Source: Candidatus Aenigmatarchaeota archaeon (GTDB taxonomy: Archaea; Aenigmatarchaeota; Aenigmatarchaeia; Aenigmatarchaeales; JACQIB01). Taken from it: a stretch of 22,325 nt of DNA. A program made the position numbers and the translations under genes. Below the pieces are notes generated by a model. It did not search any database and was not told the origin of the DNA. It saw only the letters and a list, made by a program, of their open reading frames with translations. Of this stretch, positions 17,070-22,325 are shown one piece after another (within the stretch, counting starts at the first letter, position 1; the number at the start of each line of letters is the position of its first letter). Where the stretch lies: the NCBI GenBank assembly GCA_046760225.1, contig JBHIDR010000009.1:1-22325 (forward strand), written 5' to 3'.

Positions 17070-18625
17070 CATTTTTTATATAGAGGTTCGTTCTCTAATT
17101 TTTTCGCGTCCCTAACATACAAGTCCTCTTTTAGAGACTTGTTGTTTTGTTTCTCCCACTCTTCTATGGATAAAGAGAACTTCATTTGAATCTTATCTCT
17201 ATACCATTCTGGTATCACATTAAATGCGCAAAATGGTACTATCTTTCCGTCAGGCTGTGCATAATGAATACAACAACGTTTTACGCGTTCAATATCGTAA
17301 TTAAATTTGTCCTGGAAATGCATCATTCCAAGGAACATGGTCTTGTGATGGAATATCCTTAATGCGCCATAGTCCCTGTTTTTGAGCACATTGAAAAGTA
17401 TGTTTGCAAGGTTCAGGCCTTTTGGTTGTTTCTCCTTATCAATGAACTTGTTCAGCCTGAAAATCATCTCAGCACCGACAAGGAGCCTGCTCTTGCCATC
17501 CCTCACTTCTTTTGCTTTTTCATCCAGATATTCTGTCAGGCCTTCCACATCAACAAAGCGCGTAATTGGTATGATTTTGTCATTGTCCTTGAAAAGGTAT
17601 GTTGCCATGCCGCACACAGGATGGGCTGTCAATTCATACTTCTGTCTATTTGTTATTGCCTCAATAAAGTGTGTGAACGCTGTCACAGTGGGGACTGGAT
17701 ACCAGTCCTCTTTTACAACCGTCCCGCTTGTCTGCTCTTCTATATTCTTTATTACGTCAGGTATTGTAATCCTCATCTTCTCCCTATCTGCCTTTGATAT
17801 CCTTCCAACCAGGGAGACAGGTTGATAATTCACTCCCCTGACAATGTCAATGTTCTTGAGACCGAACTTTAATATGTCACCAACCTCATGGTCGTTTATT
17901 CCCCTCATAACAACGGGAACAAGCACAATACCCATTCCAGTGTCCCTGCAGTTCTTGAATATGCGCGGTACCTCCCAGTGGTTCTTTGGGTTTGTCTTTG
18001 CTGTAACACCGTCAAAGCTCAGATACAGGTGGTTGACTCCTGCTGACCTGATTATCTTGCCGAACTCAGGATCATGGGAAAGCCTTATTCCGTTTGTGTT
18101 CAGCTGGACATGGTCAAAGCCCTCTTCCTTTGCCATCTTGACTATGTCTACTATGTCCTCCCTCAGCATGGGCTCTCCTCCTGTGAGCTGTAATGCATTG
18201 GTTGAAACAGGCTTTTCCTGCCTGAGGTTCCTGAGCATCAGCCTTATCTGGTTCAAGCTAGGCTCATAAACATAGCCCATTGCCTTTGCATAGAAGAAGC
18301 AATAGAAGCAGGCAAGGTCGCACCTGTTGGTTATTACAATGTTTGCTAGGGCTGTGTGGGACTTATGTTGGTTGCAGAGACCGCAGCTCATCGGGCAGCC
18401 CTCAAACTTGGTGTTCGGGTTTTTTATTCCCTTGCCATCGTGCTGCCATTTCATTGCCTTCAGGTACATTCCATAGTCGCCATAGTAAAGGTCTGTGAAC
18501 TCGCCATGTTCCTCGCACCTCTTCCTTATCCATACCTTTCCTTCCCTTTCGAAAATATCAGCTGGAAGAATTTTAAGACATTCCGGGCAAAGTGTTTTGG
18601 TTTGTCTGATTATGTTCTCTGTCAT
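17057..18625 (-). CDS. tes: Radical SAM protein of the MJ0619 / tetraether lipid synthase (Tes, GDGT-MAS) family
   Basis: N-terminal TLCPEC...KRCEEHG, CPMSCGLCNQH, TNRCDLACFYCF, LTGGEP, HPVCGMATY, RCCIHY...IVPFCAFN. Confidence 0.8.
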   Translation of the reverse strand: MTENIIRQTKTLCPECLKILPADIFEREGKVWIRKRCEEHGEFTDLYYGDYGMYLKAMKWQHDGKGIKNPNTKFEGCPMSCGLCNQHKSHTALANIVITNRCDLACFYCFFYAKAMGYVYEPSLNQIRLMLRNLRQEKPVSTNALQLTGGEPMLREDIVDIVKMAKEEGFDHVQLNTNGIRLSHDPEFGKIIRSAGVNHLYLSFDGVTAKTNPKNHWEVPRIFKNCRDTGMGIVLVPVVMRGINDHEVGDILKFGLKNIDIVRGVNYQPVSLVGRISKADREKMRITIPDVIKNIEEQTSGTVVKEDWYPVPTVTAFTHFIEAITNRQKYELTAHPVCGMATYLFKDNDKIIPITRFVDVEGLTEYLDEKAKEVRDGKSRLLVGAEMIFRLNKFIDKEKQPKGLNLANILFNVLKNRDYGALRIFHHKTMFLGMMHFQDKFNYDIERVKRCCIHYAQPDGKIVPFCAFNVIPEWYRDKIQMKFSLSIEEWEKQNNKSLKEDLYVRDAKKLENEPLYKKCYGL

Positions 18626-18668
18626 TTCGCTACCCTCAATCTATTATATGGACAAACTACTTAAAGGT

Positions 18669-19508
18669 TCAGACCCTGTATGTGGCCTGGATTGCATGGG
18701 ATATTTGCGTCTCAATAAGAGCTCCCACCAAAATAAGGGCTATTGCAATCCCCAAGAGCAAGAATGAAATGCCAATAAGCCTATTGCTGTTAGGGGAGAA
18801 TGGTTTGTATCTCATTACAGCGGATGCTATGAATGCGCCTGCAACTGCTGCATAGAAATAGGCAACCACCTCTGGCACCAGATGCAGTATATAATAGGCT
18901 GTTCCCACTGAAAATCCCTGCATAATGGCCAGGTGTATGGCTGTTCCGGTTGCCTTTATCTTGGTTATGATTATGCCTATGGCAACACCCACAACAGACG
19001 CGTTCCATGAAAGTATGAAGAGCGCGCCTGCACCGAAAATAAAACTCAGGATCGTGCACAGTATCACGAGCTTTATGTTGTTCATGGCAATTATCATGAA
19101 TATGTCCGGCTGCACGGCTGCAGCTGTTGAAACGCCCAGCTGCCTGAGGTTATAGAGCTGCTCTGAAAAGAGGATTTGGGTCATTTCCTGCGGCAGGACG
19201 CTGTACCAGAACGCTACGCCGATTGACATGCCAAGGAAGAGGAGCAGGTAAAGCTCAGCTATATCAGCATTTGTTTCAAATAGCTTCCTTATCGAATGCA
19301 GTTTGGTCTCCTGAACGGACTTCTTCTTCAGCAGGTTGGTAAAAACATAAATAGAGGGGATGGTCATGAAGGTGACAACCACCATGCTTGGTGCATGGGC
19401 AAAGAGCGCCATGGATATGAACACTGAGATTGAAGACAGGAATATGCCTACAAGGAACAGGTGCAGCGGTTTTTTGATCTCTATGCCCATAAGGAAATCC
19501 ATTATCAT
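18669..19508 (-). CDS. SpoIIM/DUF95-family integral membrane protein
   Basis: Multiple TM helices; NNIKLV...FGAGALFILSWNASVVG, HLVPEV.AY, GALIET. Confidence 0.8.
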   Translation of the reverse strand: MIMDFLMGIEIKKPLHLFLVGIFLSSISVFISMALFAHAPSMVVVTFMTIPSIYVFTNLLKKKSVQETKLHSIRKLFETNADIAELYLLLFLGMSIGVAFWYSVLPQEMTQILFSEQLYNLRQLGVSTAAAVQPDIFMIIAMNNIKLVILCTILSFIFGAGALFILSWNASVVGVAIGIIITKIKATGTAIHLAIMQGFSVGTAYYILHLVPEVVAYFYAAVAGAFIASAVMRYKPFSPNSNRLIGISFLLLGIAIALILVGALIETQISHAIQATYRV

Positions 19509-19555
19509 GCAATCACACTATAAAGGATTTGAGATATAACATTTATATAAAATAT

Positions 19556-19672
19556 ATGAAGGGCATATGTAAAGCTTGTGGAAAAATAGCAAAGCTGCAC
19601 AGCTGTGATTTTTGCGGTACTGCTCAAGCTGCCTTCTTCCCTTTGGCTACCGGTTTCCAAAGGAGATTTTAA
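19556..19672 (+). CDS. Small Zn-finger ORF (38 aa), possibly truncated
   Basis: MKGICKACGKIAKLHSCDFCGT...; follows an AT-rich TATA-containing gap; below the ORF-track size cutoff. Confidence 0.4.
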   Translation: MKGICKACGKIAKLHSCDFCGTAQAAFFPLATGFQRRF

Positions 19673-19896
19673 ATTGCTTTCAGGGCTTCCACGAGTTGCT
19701 CCACTATTTCATTTTCAGCCGGGAAACCAAGTGCGTTCTTGAACCTCTTCCTTCCGTCCTGTCCCACGAATCCCTTTGAAATCGATATTATCTCGACCTC
19801 TCCTTCCTCTGTCTTTGCCTTCTTCCTTGCGATTTCAAGGAACTTGTTTGTTCCGAACTTGATTTCCTTTGCTTCTATTGTCTCGAATTCTACCGT
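19669..19896 (-). CDS. Hypothetical 75-aa protein with an apparent ACG start codon
   Basis: (M)VEFETIEAKEIKFGTNKFLEIARKKAKTEEGEVEIISISKGFVGQDGRKRFKNALGFPAENEIVEQLVEALKAI. Host-like codon usage; AGGAGG 8 nt upstream; an in-frame TAA upstream excludes ATG/GTG/TTG starts. Confidence 0.75.
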   Translation of the reverse strand, partial: TVEFETIEAKEIKFGTNKFLEIARKKAKTEEGEVEIISISKGFVGQDGRKRFKNALGFPAENEIVEQLVEALKAI

Positions 19897-19931
19897 ACAA
19901 ATCCCCTCCTTTTGTTATTTCTGAACATAAT

Positions 19932-20186
19932 TCATATAAGAGTTACAGACTCCACTTCCACGTCTCCCACTCCTTCCACTTCCTTTATCTGCCTTTCTAT
20001 CTCCTCTGTGCCTCCCCCTGTATCAGGCTTTACCACCATTATCCTGAGTGCCTTAAGCCCGAAGGCCAGGGGCTCTATTTTGGAATCCTTTACGTCTATT
20101 TTTTCCTCTATTTTTTTCTTGACCTCTTCAATATCAACTTCTCCTGAAGCCGGCATTATCTTTATAGAAATAGCAACATCTCCCAT
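19932..20186 (-). CDS. ef1b: Translation elongation factor 1-beta
   Basis: MGDVAISIKIMP...EPLAFGLKAL...GGTEEIE...VEGVGDVEV; ATG at 20186 directly follows the DUF1610 stop. Confidence 0.95.
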   Translation of the reverse strand: MGDVAISIKIMPASGEVDIEEVKKKIEEKIDVKDSKIEPLAFGLKALRIMVVKPDTGGGTEEIERQIKEVEGVGDVEVESVTLI

Positions 20187-20187
20187 A

Positions 20188-20352
20188 TCATGGTCCCTCA
20201 AACCTGCATTTCGGGCACTTGTAGGCTGTTGAAAGGGTCTTGCACCTCTTGCACCTGATTATGGTTATCTCGCCACATTGTGGACAGGGGAACTTCACGA
20301 ACTCTTCCTGCCCTACAAGCTCCTTCCCGCATGTCATGCACTTCATTCTCAT
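20188..20352 (-). CDS. DUF1610 / HVO_2753-family zinc-ribbon protein (54 aa)
   Basis: MRMKCMTCGKEL...FPCPQCGE...RCKRCK...YKCPKCRFEGP; this family typically sits upstream of archaeal EF-1beta; absent from the ORF track. Confidence 0.92.
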   Translation of the reverse strand: MRMKCMTCGKELVGQEEFVKFPCPQCGEITIIRCKRCKTLSTAYKCPKCRFEGP

Positions 20353-20402
20353 TCAATCACTTGCTATTTTTTAAAAGGTTGAAGTATTTAAAGATATATA
20401 AG

Positions 20403-20479
20403 GCCCCTGTAGTTTAGCCTGGATAGAACTCAAGGTTGCGGACCTTGAAACCCGTGTTCAAATCACGGCAGGGGCACCA
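20403..20479 (+). tRNA. tRNA-Arg(GCG), intronless, CCA encoded
   Basis: Acceptor GCCCCTG/CAGGGGC + ACCA; D arm GTTT/GAAC; anticodon arm CAAGG-TTGCGGA-CCTTG; T arm CCGTG-TTCAAAT-CACGG. Confidence 0.95.
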
Positions 20480-20520
20480 TTGGCTTTTAAATATTGAAGT
20501 ACAGTTTAAAGTGTGGTTTC

Positions 20521-21063
20521 ATGGTGGACCTGTGGGTACAATTCGTGTTTGCCTGGTGGATACTTTTCCCTGCATATGCTGCAAATGTGTTCCCGCCCCT
20601 TGTGAGGGGGAAAATCAAGCTTGATGAGAACAGGAAGCTGAAGGACGGGAAGAGGATACTTGGTGATGGCAAGACCCTGGAAGGAATAATAGCCGGGGTA
20701 GTAATGGGAACTGCAATAGGGGCACTGGAATGGGCTGTGATGCCCTTCATCAATGCCTATAGTGCGCAGTTCGGTGTTGTGTTTCCCCATATGAGCATAT
20801 TTGTTGGTTTCCTGATAGCATTCGGTGCTGTATCTGGTGATATTGCAGCCAGCTTCATCAAAAGAAGAATTGGCATGAGAAGAGGGGAGAGTGCATTGTT
20901 TGCAGACCAGCTGGACTTCATAGCAGGGGCAATTGTGTTCTCATTCGCCTTCACGCAAATAAGCATATATATGATAATGATTATGTTAGTTGTCACGCCT
21001 GCAATACACTTTACAAGCTGCATTATAGGATATAAACTGGGTGTAAAGAAGGTGCCATGGTAA
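20521..21063 (+). CDS. carS: CDP-archaeol synthase (CDP-2,3-bis-O-geranylgeranyl-sn-glycerol synthase)
   Basis: PAYAAN..P, DGKRILGDGKT.EG, GD..ASFIKRR.G..RG, DQLDF, C-terminal KKVPW; ATG at 20521. Confidence 0.92.
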   Translation: MVDLWVQFVFAWWILFPAYAANVFPPLVRGKIKLDENRKLKDGKRILGDGKTLEGIIAGVVMGTAIGALEWAVMPFINAYSAQFGVVFPHMSIFVGFLIAFGAVSGDIAASFIKRRIGMRRGESALFADQLDFIAGAIVFSFAFTQISIYMIMIMLVVTPAIHFTSCIIGYKLGVKKVPW

Positions 21064-21752
21064 TGAAAATAGACCTGCATAACCATACAGTATACAGCAA
21101 GCACTGGTTCTGGGGAATAGACGCGCTGAATACGCCTGAGGAGATGATAAGGGCTGCAATAAAAAGGGGATTGGATGGTATTGCGATAACAGACCACAAC
21201 TATGTGAAAAGCAGCCTGAAGGCAAAGAAGTACGCAAGAAGGGTTGATAGGGATTTCCTGGTCATAACCGGCACTGAAATAAGGAGTGCATCAGGTGATG
21301 TGCTCGCACTTGGGGTCAAAAGCGATGTAAAAGCAGGCATGAGTGTTCAAGAAACTGTTGAAAAAATAAGGGAACTGGGAGGAGTGGCTATAGCGCCACA
21401 CCCATTCTCGAAATTCATACTCAGGGAATGCATAGGGAAGGAGGCATCAAAAGCTGATGCAGTTGAAATCTTCAATGCAAGCAGCAATATGTCCTTTCAC
21501 AATACCAAGGCAAAGGCATTTGCTATCAAGTATGATATGCCTGTATGTGCAGGAAGTGATTCGCACTGCATAAGAACAGTGGGCAATGCAGGAATAATCT
21601 GTTATGGTGACCCGCTTGAAGACATAATGAAAAAAAGAGTAAAGGTGTTCGGAAGAAGGACAAAGAGATCTGATATGCTGTTTCTCATAAGCAAGAAGTA
21701 TGGAAGGGCTATAAAATGGACAATCCTAAAGAACCAGCCCGAATACAGATGA
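21063..21752 (+). CDS. PHP-domain phosphoesterase
   Basis: DLHNHT..S, AITDHN, GTEI, APHPF, EIFN, GSDSH; TAATG stop/start overlap with carS. Confidence 0.9.
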   Translation: MKIDLHNHTVYSKHWFWGIDALNTPEEMIRAAIKRGLDGIAITDHNYVKSSLKAKKYARRVDRDFLVITGTEIRSASGDVLALGVKSDVKAGMSVQETVEKIRELGGVAIAPHPFSKFILRECIGKEASKADAVEIFNASSNMSFHNTKAKAFAIKYDMPVCAGSDSHCIRTVGNAGIICYGDPLEDIMKKRVKVFGRRTKRSDMLFLISKKYGRAIKWTILKNQPEYR

Positions 21753-22241
21753 TGCCCAAGCTATGCCGTAAAAGCCAGCATAGGCTATGAACAGGTATTT
21801 TACAAGTTTTCCTGCTGTGGTAGCTATCATGAACTTCTTGAACGGGTAGCCTATGTTGCCGCAGAAAATCCCTATTATATCAAACGGCACAGGTGCCACT
21901 GAGAACAGGAATATTACCAGCCATCCACTGTATTTCTGGAATTTCTTCTCCAGGTCCTTCAGCTGCTTCTCATATTTCCTTGTTATTGTCTGCTTGCTGC
22001 CATATCCAACAACAAAGCCTGTTAATTCACCTGCAGCAGAGCCCAGGCCAGAGAATATGCCGACCAGGAAGGGGTTCATTACTGCACCAAGGCCGAATAT
22101 GACCACAAACGCTGGTGTTGGAAGGAACAGGGTAAAGCTGCTGAGGAAGCCTATAAAGAATATACCAAGATATCCGAATGTTTCAACTGAATAGTTTGAA
22201 ACCTCTATGAACCAGTTTGCAAGGCTGTTCAAGACGGACAT
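21726..22241 (-). CDS. DedA/VTT-family membrane protein
   Basis: GYLGIF, FLPTP, GSAAGELTGF..G, PVPFDIIGIFCG, F...T..GK..K. Confidence 0.88.
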   Translation of the reverse strand: MSVLNSLANWFIEVSNYSVETFGYLGIFFIGFLSSFTLFLPTPAFVVIFGLGAVMNPFLVGIFSGLGSAAGELTGFVVGYGSKQTITRKYEKQLKDLEKKFQKYSGWLVIFLFSVAPVPFDIIGIFCGNIGYPFKKFMIATTAGKLVKYLFIAYAGFYGIAWASSVFGLVL

Positions 22242-22280
22242 AGATATATTAAATAACGCGGTAAATAAATAGTTGATTTG

Positions 22281-22325
22281 ATGAACATTCCCAATGCTCT
22301 TACAATGACAATAATCGCCCTCATA
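22281..22325 (+). CDS. Probable CDP-alcohol phosphatidyltransferase, 3' partial
   Basis: MNIPNALTMTIIALI resembles the PgsA-type N-terminus (MNxPNxLT); only 15 codons are visible. Confidence 0.45.
   Translation, partial: MNIPNALTMTIIALI

Noticed and set aside
20403..20479. tRNA as integration site or intron-containing tRNA
   Set aside because: No duplicated tRNA 3' end, integrase or bulge-helix-bulge intron was seen in the window.
1..22325. CRISPR arrays, tandem repeats, IS elements, rRNA
   Set aside because: The window is almost fully coding with short intergenic gaps; no repeat-spacer pattern, transposase or rRNA-like segment was seen.

Overview
Archaeal genomic DNA: FEN1, EF-1beta, a DUF1610 zinc ribbon, CarS, a Tes-family radical SAM protein, TATA-type promoters and compact overlapping genes. 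The gene content and Lys-rich proteins suggest a DPANN lineage such as Aenigmarchaeota (inference). From left to right: (1) a clustered nucleoside-to-RuBisCO pathway (R15P isomerase, short form III RuBisCO, AMP phosphorylase, ApgM), interleaved with a degenerate MazG/Zn-ribbon gene, a Cys-rich exported protein and a CorA lacking the GMN motif. (2) A five-gene minus-strand coenzyme A operon: NRDE/TANGO2-family Ntn hydrolase, an MBL-hydrolase-PPAT-DPCK triple fusion, CoaBC, a class II aldolase and a GNAT with a Cys cluster. This is the best candidate for an undescribed system. (3) AbrB-PhoU regulator, PIMT, ATP-cone protein, orphan SPPY DNA methyltransferase and FEN1. (4) An AT-rich free-standing HTH-LAGLIDADG gene abutting the Tes-like gene. 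(5) SpoIIM-like protein, a hidden 75-aa gene that appears to start at ACG, EF-1beta, DUF1610, tRNA-Arg(GCG), CarS, PHP, DedA and the start of a probable CDP-alcohol phosphatidyltransferase. All calls come from motif recognition by eye; no searches were run.
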